A stretch of 64,000 bases of DNA from a virus: the IMG/VR virus record IMGVR_UViG_3300046834_000025, positions 1-64,000 of that record. The stretch is one strand, 5' to 3'. The notes below the pieces were generated by a model. That model did not search any database, was not told the DNA's origin, and saw only the letters and a list, made by a program, of their open reading frames with translations. Of this stretch, positions 1 to 9,505 are shown one piece after another; positions within the stretch are counted from its first letter, which is position 1; every line of letters starts with the position of its first letter. The translations under genes were made by a program, and so were the position numbers.

Positions 1-82
1 CGAGAGTGTCATCTCCGACTTCGACTTCGTCCCACTTCTTCCATCCATCACGCGTCAGGATGCGTGAGCGGAGAGGTGTGCA
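1..82 (-). mobile_element. Intein/Hint domain N-terminus (block A), partial
   Basis: CTPLRSRILTRDGWKKWDEVEVGDDTL starting at Cys840 matches the C-x-P-xxx-ILT-xx-GWK...VGD intein start pattern. Confidence 0.75.
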
Positions 83-2599
83 GTACCCGCCGACATCGAT
101 GTTCGCGTGAACCTTGATGCGCTCGATGCCATTGTCAGAGTACCAGGACTCGAGGGTACTGGCGAGTTCTGTTGCCAGCCCACCACCCTGGAAGTTCTCT
201 TCGACGACAAAGTACACGTTGTCGAGTTCCCTGTCCCCCAAGCGGAATGTGCGATCGATGCTGCCGTACATCTTGCTGTCGCCGAATGACCAGCCGATCT
301 CGATGTTGCCGTAGTTGTCGACAGAGAAGTTCTTGAGCTGAGCCTCGAAGGGAAGGTTCAGTTCCTCCATGACGGCGTTGATGCGCGCGTTCATCCCCAG
401 CTTGAACTCATGCGTCAGCTTGGGATCAAGCTTGCCGGTCGACTCGTAGCCGTCCATCAAGTCTCGCAGGATGTTCTCTGTCGCAGCGATGATCTCTTCC
501 CGCGAGCGAATGTCGGACGCGTCCAGCGGGTCGATAGAGAGCATCTTAGAGTGGTAGTGCACCTTCTCGAACGCCTCGTCCAGAGACGCGATGTCCCACT
601 CCACCGGGTCATTGGCCGGGTCATAGATCGCATACTGCCCGCCTTCCTCGAAGATGCGATAGCCCTTCTCGTCGGCGTAGGCTGGGTCATCGCTGTTCGG
701 GTCCGTGATGACCTTCCAGCCTGCGGGCATCTTGGGGAGTTCCAGGTCTCCGAACCCGATGTCTGACTCTTCCTTCTTGGTCAGGTCAGTTTCCTCGTTG
801 AACAAGCTCCAGTCCCTACTCCCCAAGTCGCTGATGCGATCTGCAGCATCGCGGAGCAGGTACCAGGCATCCGAGCCACCATCCACACGTCCCTTGGCCG
901 TGTCCAGGTCGTAGCGCATCTCATCCAGCTCAACGCCAGCCTGGTCCGAGTCCTTCGCCGGATCGAAGAGCTCAGCAGCCTTGCGCGCGGTGCCGACAGG
1001 GCCATCAACCCGGTCGGCATCCTCGTAGTATGTCATCCCTAGCTTCTCGATCAGGTCGTCCATGATCTTGAGCGGGCTGTCCGTCCACCTACCGGAGAAA
1101 TCGCCGTTGCCGCGCGGGATGCGAATCTGGCCCTCGTCGAACCCGCTTGCGCGGAGAGAGGTTGCACCCAGAGGCCACTCCTGGCGCTCGTCTCCCCACC
1201 AGAGGCCGATACGGTCGAAGGGAACGCTCTTGACCTCGTTGATGGACGAGATCATGTCGCCGCTCGCCGGAACGTCGTATCCGATCGTGGTATGCGGCAG
1301 GTACTCTGGGTACTTGGTGAAGGTGCCCTGCTCGATCAGCGCGGCCACTTCGGGATCGTTGACCAGGGCTGAATTCACCTTTGCAAGACTGCCCTGCGGC
1401 TTGAAGAACCACACCAAGGCATTGTCGTCGCCTAGGCTGCCAACCTTGTCGACGACGGCCCGGAACGGTCGCGTGGACTCGGCTGTACGCTCGCAGAGAC
1501 CAGCCAGGTACGGTCGCATGTCGGCAAGCGCCGGAGCGCCGTCGCCGTCCATGTGACCCAGGTAGGCTAGCGTTGCGTGCGTCTCCTCCATCGACTTTCG
1601 GTCTGCGGGTGAGCCTGCCTCTGGCAGCATCACGATACAGACACTCGTGTCCAGGTCGTCGTGCGGGTTGCCCGCTGCCGTCAGGGTCTTGGGGTCGTCA
1701 GCACCCACAATGGTGCAACGACACGAAATCACCTCGTGTGCCGGACCTGCCGGGTCACCAGGGAACTGCAGCATGGACTCGCCGACCTTGAACGGGTGGA
1801 ACAGCGGCACTACCTGCCCGTCTGCTTCTCTATGGCTGTCTCTGGTTCGGCTATCCTTAGTAGCCATCCACCTCTTGTGAGTGCGGCCTTCGGCACCAAG
1901 CGCGGCAAGAGAACCCGAATTCCATGCCGAAGTACTTTCCGTCCTAGCTATGCGAGTTGCCCTTGTCTTCCAGTCACCCTGGTGCTCCATGATCTTGTCG
2001 ACGGCATCGGCACGAACAGACTGCCAGATCTTCACTGCCGGATCGTTGTCGCGGGCACGGTCGCGGTTCGGGCTGCCAGGCTTGCCGAGTGGATCGAGGA
2101 TCTTATCGATCTCGTCTTCAGCAAGCTGCTTCTGCTTGCGCCAGTACTCCTTGTCCGGCTCCCAGGATAGCCGCTCTGCGATGTCGCGGGCCTGCTCCTC
2201 GATCGTCCACCCTCCAAGCGCGCCTGCACTCAGAGTGTGTCGAATCTGTTCGAAGGCAGCCTCGGGAATCTCGGGCAGAGACGCGCGGCTCAAGCGGTCG
2301 CGAACTCGTGAGATGTGGGTCGCCATTGCCTCAGAACGAGCGATCATGCTCACATCGTTCGGGTTGCCGCCGTAGGCTGCTTTCCAAGTGCTCTCGATGT
2401 GTTCGGTAAGCTCCTGGTTGACCTCCTCCGACCACCAGTTCAACAGAACGCCGAGAGCCAGAACAGGTTGTGCGTTGTCGGTGCGACCGGAGCGCATCGC
2501 AGCGAGCACAGCATCCAGGACGCGGACCAGGAAGTCTTTGGTACTCTCATCAACGACAGTCGAGAGGTCCTTCTCGGCGGCATCAAGATTGGATGGCAT
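1..2599 (-). CDS. MuF-like minor head protein fused to 2H phosphoesterase, GNAT and intein (runs off window start)
   Basis: Hand-translated open frame from ATG 2599 to position 1, absent from the ORF track because it has no stop. MuF motif KRWMATKDSRTRDSH...FPGDPAGPAHEVISCRC; HAT and HTT motifs; FQGGGLATEL...HANIDVGGY; then CTPLRSRILTRDGWK. Confidence 0.85.
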   Translation of the reverse strand, partial: MPSNLDAAEKDLSTVVDESTKDFLVRVLDAVLAAMRSGRTDNAQPVLALGVLLNWWSEEVNQELTEHIESTWKAAYGGNPNDVSMIARSEAMATHISRVRDRLSRASLPEIPEAAFEQIRHTLSAGALGGWTIEEQARDIAERLSWEPDKEYWRKQKQLAEDEIDKILDPLGKPGSPNRDRARDNDPAVKIWQSVRADAVDKIMEHQGDWKTRATRIARTESTSAWNSGSLAALGAEGRTHKRWMATKDSRTRDSHREADGQVVPLFHPFKVGESMLQFPGDPAGPAHEVISCRCTIVGADDPKTLTAAGNPHDDLDTSVCIVMLPEAGSPADRKSMEETHATLAYLGHMDGDGAPALADMRPYLAGLCERTAESTRPFRAVVDKVGSLGDDNALVWFFKPQGSLAKVNSALVNDPEVAALIEQGTFTKYPEYLPHTTIGYDVPASGDMISSINEVKSVPFDRIGLWWGDERQEWPLGATSLRASGFDEGQIRIPRGNGDFSGRWTDSPLKIMDDLIEKLGMTYYEDADRVDGPVGTARKAAELFDPAKDSDQAGVELDEMRYDLDTAKGRVDGGSDAWYLLRDAADRISDLGSRDWSLFNEETDLTKKEESDIGFGDLELPKMPAGWKVITDPNSDDPAYADEKGYRIFEEGGQYAIYDPANDPVEWDIASLDEAFEKVHYHSKMLSIDPLDASDIRSREEIIAATENILRDLMDGYESTGKLDPKLTHEFKLGMNARINAVMEELNLPFEAQLKNFSVDNYGNIEIGWSFGDSKMYGSIDRTFRLGDRELDNVYFVVEENFQGGGLATELASTLESWYSDNGIERIKVHANIDVGGYCTPLRSRILTRDGWKKWDEVEVGDDTL

Positions 2600-2966
2600 C
2601 TCTGATCCGCCTCTCGAGTTCTTCGAACTTGTGTGGCTGCATCGAGAATACGAGTTCTCTTACGTAGCCATCGAGTAGGAGAGTCAACTTGCGTTCCTGC
2701 AGGGAGCAACAACCATGCTCGTTGACCATGCGAGGGAGGACGTTCCAGGCTCCCGCCAGGGCTGCTTCGACGTGATGCGGTTCTGGCTTCCAGACCGTAT
2801 GTACGTCGCTCCAGTCCATGCCACTGCGTTGCATCGCACCGAACCGGGCGCGGCCATCTCTAGCAACACGTTTCCCGATGAGCTCTAGTGCTCTCATCAC
2901 AGCCATGTCCGCTGCAGCACACAAGGCTGCAGCGTCATTGTTAGCCGTTGACCGGGCCAGAGCCAC
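2583..2966 (-). CDS. Hypothetical head-module protein
   Basis: GTG with AAGGAG RBS overlapping the portal end; VMRALELIGKR segment. Confidence 0.7.
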   Translation of the reverse strand: MALARSTANNDAAALCAAADMAVMRALELIGKRVARDGRARFGAMQRSGMDWSDVHTVWKPEPHHVEAALAGAWNVLPRMVNEHGCCSLQERKLTLLLDGYVRELVFSMQPHKFEELERRIRDAIQS

Positions 2967-4653
2967 TGGGTGCTCCTTCCGCCGCAACCGGTGGTCTCGC
3001 ACCGTTGGTGGGTCTGGCGGGAGCAGGCGTGCCAGCGACTGCAGGTCGGGCGCCAGGGACGGCAGGTGCACCGTTGGCTGACGCCTGTGGCGGTGGTGCC
3101 TGCGGGGTATTGCCTGGTGCCAGCGGCTTCAGAGTGTCCGGCACGCGCTGACTGCTGACCACATCTGCGCCAGACTCCGGCGTGCCGTCCAGAACTGCCA
3201 TGACGGATCTCACGATCTCTGGCATATTGTCGATCAGTTGCGGGTTACCCTGCGCGATGCTGAGCGCGATCTCGATTGCCTGTGCTGCGCTGTTCGGCGC
3301 ATCCGTCTCTTCGAAGCCCGCCGCCTCTCGGAGAGCCTTGTCGCTGATCGCGCCGACCGCGTGAAGGGTGCTGGCATCCTCGAGACGGTTTGGCCGCTGG
3401 ACCAGGTGAGAGACATCGAACTTGAGGGTGTAGCTGTCCGGGTCAGGATCGCCCTGCTGCTTCTTGATAGGCCGGTAGAAGCCGTGGGTGAGAGCATCCG
3501 CGATCAGGTCGAGACGCGGGACGACGTGGGTCTGAATGACTTCGTCGCGGACTAACCACATTCCCCAGTGGTTTGCGTCTCCCATGCCTTGCAAGAGTTC
3601 GGGAGGAGCGTCCAGACCCAGGCCAAGACGCCTGATCGCTTCCTCCCGAAGGCCGTGTGTCTCCTTGTCGAATGGCGTCGAGAACGTGTCGTAGCGAATC
3701 TTGGAGATTGAGTCGTCGGGTGCGCCCATCAAGACCGGCACGATCGCAGAAGCGTTGCTACGGTCCTCGATCGGAAGCAACATGCCCTGCATGATCGCGT
3801 TCAGAACAGGGTTCTCGGCGAAGGACTGCTGTTCGGCGGAGGATGGTGCGACCTTGGCGCTGTTCAGGATTGAGTTCGGAATCCAGTACACACCTGCTCC
3901 GGCCAACCGAGAGTCGATCTGCGCACTCACGTGCTGCGTGAGACCGACAAGCTCTCGCAGGACCGGCAAGCAGGAGATGACCGGACTGTCAGCCTGTTCC
4001 CACTCGGCAGGATGCGGATCCCAGATACGCTCGAGGTAGATCTTGTCCTCTTCGTACTCTTCGCCGCGAATCTGGACCCTGCCGTTGGTGGCCTTGACCT
4101 CGAGCTTGGAGGCGATGAACCAGATCGTGTCTTCGCCGGTCGCCGCGCCTGCGTCCGGCGCAATGGTCGAGCCGTCCAAGATCTCCTTGAGTTCCTTGCC
4201 GACCGGCACGCCGACCAGGTAGCCAGAGCCTGCCACGTAGATGTTGAGGCTCAAGCGTTCCACCATCTGCGGCGTGATGAGCGCGATGAGCGGGTCTTCG
4301 TCCTCGCTGTCGTCGACGCGTGCGCCGTCCTTCTCCACGTAGAGGATGGCCTGCGCGCATCGACCGGAGATCGCGTTGGCGATGTAGCGTAGCTCGCCAA
4401 CCTCGTTGTACATCCGCCAGACTTCCTCGTCAGCGGACGTAGAGGTTGTCGTCTGCATGGCGGAGACGGCACCTTTGGCCGTGCGCTTAGCCTTGCCCGT
4501 CACCACGCGGACAGCGGCACCTACGAGGGAGGGTGGAGGCGAGATGGCGGTGTTGTCACTGGTCGGCGCGTTGTACGACCAGGCTGGCGGGTTGACGTGT
4601 ACAGGTTGAGGCTGTGTGCGCGCCCGTCGGCGCTGCTCGAACCAACTCGCCAT
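2941..4653 (-). CDS. Portal protein
   Basis: 570 aa between terminase and MuF; RIWDPHP, SRLAGAG, IRRLGLGLDAPPELL, NHWGMW motifs of actinophage portals. Confidence 0.88.
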   Translation of the reverse strand: MASWFEQRRRARTQPQPVHVNPPAWSYNAPTSDNTAISPPPSLVGAAVRVVTGKAKRTAKGAVSAMQTTTSTSADEEVWRMYNEVGELRYIANAISGRCAQAILYVEKDGARVDDSEDEDPLIALITPQMVERLSLNIYVAGSGYLVGVPVGKELKEILDGSTIAPDAGAATGEDTIWFIASKLEVKATNGRVQIRGEEYEEDKIYLERIWDPHPAEWEQADSPVISCLPVLRELVGLTQHVSAQIDSRLAGAGVYWIPNSILNSAKVAPSSAEQQSFAENPVLNAIMQGMLLPIEDRSNASAIVPVLMGAPDDSISKIRYDTFSTPFDKETHGLREEAIRRLGLGLDAPPELLQGMGDANHWGMWLVRDEVIQTHVVPRLDLIADALTHGFYRPIKKQQGDPDPDSYTLKFDVSHLVQRPNRLEDASTLHAVGAISDKALREAAGFEETDAPNSAAQAIEIALSIAQGNPQLIDNMPEIVRSVMAVLDGTPESGADVVSSQRVPDTLKPLAPGNTPQAPPPQASANGAPAVPGARPAVAGTPAPARPTNGARPPVAAEGAPSGSGPVNG

Positions 4654-4656
4654 GTC

Positions 4657-5406
4657 TCATATTACCACGGCATCTGCCAGTTGAGTGCGAGTGGCAAGGT
4701 CGAAGATCGTACTGTCTACACGGTTGCTCTTTCTGATGTTGCAGCGGAGGTGTGCTAGCTGTACGTTTGCAAGGATGTCAGGACCATCGAGGCTGATCGG
4801 TAGAACGTGATCGATCGAGGGTGAGGCAGGATCAGGATGCTTGAGCTTGAGATCGACCGGCTCACCACAGAGACCGCAGTCGAGGCCATCTCGATCAATG
4901 ATGTCTTGCCTCGTGTAAGGCTCAGTCGGAACGGCTGCCTTGTTGGCTCTGCGCTTTGCCCTCCAGGATCGCACCTTGTCGGGATTCGCTAGCTTGTATC
5001 GCTTCTGTTGTGCCAGCGCCTGCTCTTTGTTTGCAGCGTACCATGCCTGAGCTTGTACAAGTAGGCGATCTGCATTCAGTGCGTAGTAGGCTCTCTTGCA
5101 CGGTATGCACTCACCATTGGTATTACGCTCGTTCATACCACATCGGTCACAAGGTTGTGACTTCCGACATGGTATGCAAGTTCCAGCTACAGTGCGTTCT
5201 GTTGCACCGCATGTCTTGCAAGGTCGAGCCTGCAGGCAGGATACACACTTGCCATCTGACAGTCGTTCAGTTGAGCCACATTGCTTGCAAGGAGGGGGGT
5301 TGAGCCTCATCTGCTCTCGGTACGCACGATTGAAGGCTAGCTTGCAGCTTCGACATTCACCGCTCTTGTACCATTCCGTTCCCTTGCAGCGCAAACACTC
5401 TTTCAT
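4657..5406 (-). CDS. HNH endonuclease with CxxC repeats
   Basis: CGLCGE...SIDHVLP...NVQLAHLRCNIRK; ATG overlaps the terminase stop. Confidence 0.88.
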   Translation of the reverse strand: MKECLRCKGTEWYKSGECRSCKLAFNRAYREQMRLNPPPCKQCGSTERLSDGKCVSCLQARPCKTCGATERTVAGTCIPCRKSQPCDRCGMNERNTNGECIPCKRAYYALNADRLLVQAQAWYAANKEQALAQQKRYKLANPDKVRSWRAKRRANKAAVPTEPYTRQDIIDRDGLDCGLCGEPVDLKLKHPDPASPSIDHVLPISLDGPDILANVQLAHLRCNIRKSNRVDSTIFDLATRTQLADAVVI

Positions 5407-7007
5407 CCGCGCCTCGTGAACCGAGGAATCGTGGGGTGCCTGGACGGGCCGTACCGACCACGGCTGCGCTGAGGCGTGCCCGCCGTGGGAGGTGCCGCGT
5501 AGGACCTCGAGACATGTCCCTGCGGGACGAACGGAGTCGTGGTGCCGGTGCTCCACATCCGGCGCAGGGCTTGAGCGGTGCAGTCGATCTGGTCGTCGTG
5601 GGCCGAGTTCGGGAAGTTGCGAGCCTCGCTGAGGAAGTCCGGCAACCAGTCTGCCTCTGCCGGGAGGAAGACGTGCTTGCTCTCCACGGTCGGACTGATC
5701 GAACGGGCTCGTGCTTCCTTGGATTCAGTGGGGTTGATGGCGATCAGGCCGGGAATCTCAGTGGTGAGGGTGTCGATGACGGCGGTCCCGTTCGCCTTGT
5801 CCTCGATCAGGTGCTCATGCACGCCGACGCCTTCGGGCAGCCAGAGGTTGCAGGAGTTGACGAATGAGCGCATCTCGGCAATCGACTCCGTGAACGTGAG
5901 CCTCTTCCTGATCTGGCGGAGCAGGAATCGGTCGGGTCCGGCGCTAGCCCAGAGTTGGCCGACCACGTAGTCGCTCGAGGACAAGTTCTTGAATGCCATG
6001 TCCCAACTCGTGAGCACGCGGTCGAACTCTGGCAAGTCGTTCTGTGTGCGCCAGAACTGCCACCAGTCGTTCGAGAAGATGTTCCCTGATGCAGGAGAAG
6101 GAGACTGCTGAAAAAGTGCGGACCACGCGTAGCTGCCGACTGCCTGCCGGATGTCGGCCCACCGTGCGAGGGCTTCCTGCGCCGTCTCGATCACGATCGG
6201 GGACAGTAGAGGCTCACCCTCCTTGCGGCCCAACACATCGTCACCTTCGGCCAGGGCTGGAAAGCTGATAACCTCCCACTGTGCGGGGTCGCCGTCATAC
6301 TCAGGGGAGAGAAGCCTGCCCACGAAATCGTCTTCGTGCCAACGAGTCTGAATAGCGATGACCAGCGACGGCGGGTGAAGACGGGTACGAGAGTTTGCAG
6401 TCCACCAGTCCCAGACGAAGTTTCGGATCGTCGGGCTGTGCGCATCAGCGAAGTCTTTCGTGATATCGTCGAGCACCATTACCTTTGCACCACGACCAGT
6501 GACACTCTCTCGGATTGAGCGACTCAAGACGACACCACGACGGTCGATGGTTTGGCCGTCCTTGACGCCCTTCAAGGCCGGTCGCTGGACCTCCCACTCT
6601 TTTGCTGCGCCTGCGTCCTTGGCGACTTGTAGGTCGAGGGAAGGCCCGTTGACGTCGATTGCGTTTCTGATCTGTCTGCCCCACCCTGCAGCAAGAGACG
6701 GATCGTGGGACAGCAGCATGATCTCCCAGGACGGGTGCTTGTGCAGCACCCATAAAGGTAGGTACACACTGGTAAGCATGGACTTGCCCGTCCTCGGGGG
6801 GAGACTCACTGCAAGATAACGACTCTTGCCTTGCTCGACATCGTGAAGCGCTGCGGCCAGCCGGTCAGACAAGTACTTGAGATGGTCGCGAACGACGTAG
6901 CCGCTGTCCAAGGACAGGGCTAGCTCGAGGGGGTTGGACCAGGTTTGCTTGGTTCCCAACTGAGAGAAGATCTCCTCTTGGAGGGAATCGATCCAATCAG
7001 CGCTCAC
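5403..7007 (-). CDS. terL: Terminase large subunit
   Basis: PPRTGKS Walker A, VLDD Walker B, TRWHEDD, SWDMAFK, IEDKANG, HDDQID nuclease motifs. Confidence 0.93.
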   Translation of the reverse strand: MSADWIDSLQEEIFSQLGTKQTWSNPLELALSLDSGYVVRDHLKYLSDRLAAALHDVEQGKSRYLAVSLPPRTGKSMLTSVYLPLWVLHKHPSWEIMLLSHDPSLAAGWGRQIRNAIDVNGPSLDLQVAKDAGAAKEWEVQRPALKGVKDGQTIDRRGVVLSRSIRESVTGRGAKVMVLDDITKDFADAHSPTIRNFVWDWWTANSRTRLHPPSLVIAIQTRWHEDDFVGRLLSPEYDGDPAQWEVISFPALAEGDDVLGRKEGEPLLSPIVIETAQEALARWADIRQAVGSYAWSALFQQSPSPASGNIFSNDWWQFWRTQNDLPEFDRVLTSWDMAFKNLSSSDYVVGQLWASAGPDRFLLRQIRKRLTFTESIAEMRSFVNSCNLWLPEGVGVHEHLIEDKANGTAVIDTLTTEIPGLIAINPTESKEARARSISPTVESKHVFLPAEADWLPDFLSEARNFPNSAHDDQIDCTAQALRRMWSTGTTTPFVPQGHVSRSYAAPPTAGTPQRSRGRYGPSRHPTIPRFTRRG

Positions 7008-7209
7008 GGATCATCCTCTTCAAGCGCCAGTGCCACCAGCAAACCGGGGACCAGACGGTGTTGAAGCCGAAGGCAGCGTAGAAGTCTGTGCGCCACCACC
7101 ACTGGTGACAGGTGGAGCACTGCGCTAGGGTTCGGTACGGGTACTCGTCGGGGTTGGGCAGGTCACAGCGCGAGTGCGGGCCGACTCGGGGAGTGATGAT
7201 GGCGCTCAT
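6997..7209 (-). CDS. Hypothetical Zn-ribbon protein
   Basis: MSAIITPR..., CSTC; packed into the operon. Confidence 0.55.
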   Translation of the reverse strand: MSAIITPRVGPHSRCDLPNPDEYPYRTLAQCSTCHQWWWRTDFYAAFGFNTVWSPVCWWHWRLKRMIRER

Positions 7210-7270
7210 GACCGTGGCCACCAGACCACCCAGAGGATCAGGAGCACGAGGCAGATGATGATGAGCATCT

Positions 7271-7510
7271 TCACAGGCGCACCTCAAGCTGCAAGATCTC
7301 CCACAGCACCTCGTCGTGGAACCGCTCTCCCGTGGACTGCACGATGAGGTCGATGAACTGTCGGCCCATGCCTTCAACCTCGACCTCCAGCGCAAGCTCA
7401 ACAGGCACGTGGGGTTTGATCCACGTGCCCAGGTCCATGCTCAGGCCCTCGACCAGGACACGCGGGCACTTGGCTCGAACATGCGGGGCGGCAGCCAGCA
7501 AGACCTTCAT
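7271..7510 (-). CDS. Hypothetical protein
   Basis: 79 aa, coupled start and stop. Confidence 0.55.
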   Translation of the reverse strand: MKVLLAAAPHVRAKCPRVLVEGLSMDLGTWIKPHVPVELALEVEVEGMGRQFIDLIVQSTGERFHDEVLWEILQLEVRL

Positions 7511-7704
7511 TGGTCCTCCGGTGGTGGGAGAGATGGCAACCAGTCCTCTGCGAAGTGTTCGAGTTGAACGATAGCGTTCAGGCGAGCATCGATACGTTCC
7601 GGTCCTTCGTGATCGTCCTTTCGAGCGCGAGTCTCAATGCGGTAATTCACCTTGTGAGGCCGTCCGTAGACCGGCAGGGTTCCCCAGGACAACTCAGTGC
7701 TCAT
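7507..7704 (-). CDS. Hypothetical protein
   Basis: 65 aa, ATGA overlap. Confidence 0.55.
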   Translation of the reverse strand: MSTELSWGTLPVYGRPHKVNYRIETRARKDDHEGPERIDARLNAIVQLEHFAEDWLPSLPPPEDQ

Positions 7705-7921
7705 GGTGAGTGCCCACCTTCACACCCATGCGGAAGCCCAGCAGTCCGACCAGGCCGGTGATGGCGACTGTGAGCACCTTCGAGCCGGTCGCACTGAGGC
7801 TGTCGTTGCCGATCGCGGCGGCGACCAGGACGGCGACCGCCAGAAGAACGATCGTGAGCGAAAGGCCAACGGCCAGGATGAGGCTCACCAGATCGCTCCT
7901 CTCGCGCAGACGCTGCATCAT
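7694..7921 (-). CDS. Small two-TM membrane protein
   Basis: Two hydrophobic helices; GGAGG RBS. Confidence 0.6.
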   Translation of the reverse strand: MMQRLRERSDLVSLILAVGLSLTIVLLAVAVLVAAAIGNDSLSATGSKVLTVAITGLVGLLGFRMGVKVGTHHEH

Positions 7922-7996
7922 GGTGAGCCTATCCTCCCAGGTCCCACCCTGGTTCCATTCTACCGCCTCAACAGTGCAAACTGGTGTGGGTGGCGG

Positions 7997-8002
7997 TACA
8001 AT
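7997..8002 (+). promoter_or_regulatory. -10 box TACAAT, probable leaderless start
   Basis: TACAAT ends 6 nt before ATG 8009; no RBS. Confidence 0.5.
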
Positions 8003-8008
8003 GATCGT

Positions 8009-8206
8009 ATGGACACACTCTACCTGGTGCTCTACATCGCCGCAGCGTTGTGCTTCGCCGTCGCTGCCTTCGTCGCCTCCGTGGTGACGCGAACGGACGG
8101 CACCGTCCGTTCCTCTGCCCTGACGGCGCGGGTCAACTTCGTGGCTCTCGGGCTGCTGCTCTGGGTGCTCGTGCCTCTGATCCACCTCATCGACACGATG
8201 GACTAG
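8009..8206 (+). CDS. Small two-TM membrane protein (only plus-strand gene in the left arm)
   Basis: MDTLYLVLYIAAALCF...NFVALGLLLWVLVPLI. Confidence 0.7.
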   Translation: MDTLYLVLYIAAALCFAVAAFVASVVTRTDGTVRSSALTARVNFVALGLLLWVLVPLIHLIDTMD

Positions 8207-8221
8207 TACCACAGACCCTGC

Positions 8222-8563
8222 TCACGTTGGGATGCTGCCGTCCTCCTCGAATCGCTTCTCTAGCATGAGGCAGAGGCTGTACATCGCGTGAGCGGGGTCT
8301 TGTCCTGTCGCCTCGAGGTCAAGGGCTGTTGCCGCCCACGGCGGGTGGATGCCTTCGAGCCGGAAGTCCTCTGTGGCGCGCAGATCGCCGATCAGTTCGA
8401 CTGAGGCGTCGTCGCCGAGAGCTCGTGAGACCTTGGTCGCAAGGCGGGACAGGGCAGCGAGAGGTGTCGGGGCACTAGCCTCGAAGCCCTCCATCGAAGC
8501 TTCCCAACTCCCAGTCTCGTCTTGAGCGTACAGGTCGCGGGACACCTTGTACACGAGGATCAT
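8222..8563 (-). CDS. Hypothetical protein
   Basis: 113 aa; two similar W-x-A...A.G/A..P..A half-repeats. Confidence 0.6.
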   Translation of the reverse strand: MILVYKVSRDLYAQDETGSWEASMEGFEASAPTPLAALSRLATKVSRALGDDASVELIGDLRATEDFRLEGIHPPWAATALDLEATGQDPAHAMYSLCLMLEKRFEEDGSIPT

Positions 8564-9198
8564 GACGCAAGCCAGACGATGTGGTGGGATGCCTCAGCCA
8601 GTTCCCTGCGGAGCCTCGTGAGTTCCTGCACGCGGAACGCTGCGTAGTCGCCATCGTTCTCGTGGTACGCGCTGGTGCCGTCGTCGAAGGCTACGCCGTG
8701 GCCCACCGTGGTGTCGTCTGCATCCAGAACAGCGAAGACGGCGGGGTCGTCATGCCTGCGCTCCGGTGGCTTGGCAGTGTGGCAAGGACAGGCACAGTCT
8801 CCCTCGCCTGCGTGGCGCTGAGAGCACTCGTCATGGTAGCCGATCGAGCACTGCCTGTACCTCGGGTGGTCGTAGGGTCGGCGGTCTGTCCGGTCGGCAC
8901 CCGTGAGGCGGTCGGTGTACTGCGCGTCCGTCTCGCCAGGTAGAGCAGGCGGCATCTCGGGGTAGTACCTGCCCTTGGCAGGCAAGAGGGTCACGACCAG
9001 GTGGTCGATGAGGGACTGCTCTGTGACCTTCGTGACCACGTTGTCACCCGGCCAGGACTGCACGGCTGCAGTGATCGCAGCGGCAGTGAGGTGGCCTGCA
9101 AGGGTCTCGGTGCGATCTTTCCAGAACTCGACCTCTGCCTGAAGTCGCTGCACCTCTTCGAGGGTGGGTGTGTAGGGTGCGCTCTCGTTGTGGGTCAC
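8560..9198 (-). CDS. Hypothetical protein
   Basis: GTG start; CSIGYHDEC...CACPCH metal motif. Confidence 0.6.
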   Translation of the reverse strand: MTHNESAPYTPTLEEVQRLQAEVEFWKDRTETLAGHLTAAAITAAVQSWPGDNVVTKVTEQSLIDHLVVTLLPAKGRYYPEMPPALPGETDAQYTDRLTGADRTDRRPYDHPRYRQCSIGYHDECSQRHAGEGDCACPCHTAKPPERRHDDPAVFAVLDADDTTVGHGVAFDDGTSAYHENDGDYAAFRVQELTRLRRELAEASHHIVWLAS

Positions 9199-9326
9199 AG
9201 ATTGCCTCTCGTCTCTGCCAGGGCTTCGCCGATCATGTGTGCGAGCTCGAGGCCGGTGACTGGGAGGTCGCCGACCTCGACCAAGCGTTCTTGCAGGTGT
9301 TCGAGGGCTGTTGTGCCGAGGCTCAT
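9195..9326 (-). CDS. Hypothetical protein
   Basis: 43 aa, coupled. Confidence 0.45.
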   Translation of the reverse strand: MSLGTTALEHLQERLVEVGDLPVTGLELAHMIGEALAETRGNL

Positions 9327-9505
9327 CGAGGCCACCACCAGTGACGGCGCTTGGTTCGTAGGACCTGTTGCGCTGCGAAGCCTCTCCTGGTGAGCACGTC
9401 CCACTCCTCAAGCGGGACGCGCTCGCCAGTGTTGTGCCTGCGCCAGAGGATCGCTGCCTCAGCTTGGATGTTGGCAAGCTCTTGTCGTGCCTCAGCCTTT
9501 GTCAC
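9323..9505 (-). CDS. Hypothetical protein
   Basis: 60 aa, coupled. Confidence 0.45.
   Translation of the reverse strand: MTKAEARQELANIQAEAAILWRRHNTGERVPLEEWDVLTRRGFAAQQVLRTKRRHWWWPR

Noticed and set aside
2583-3071. Programmed frameshift extending the portal
   Set aside because: The downstream ORF has its own AAGGAG and GTG at 2966, and no slippery site was seen
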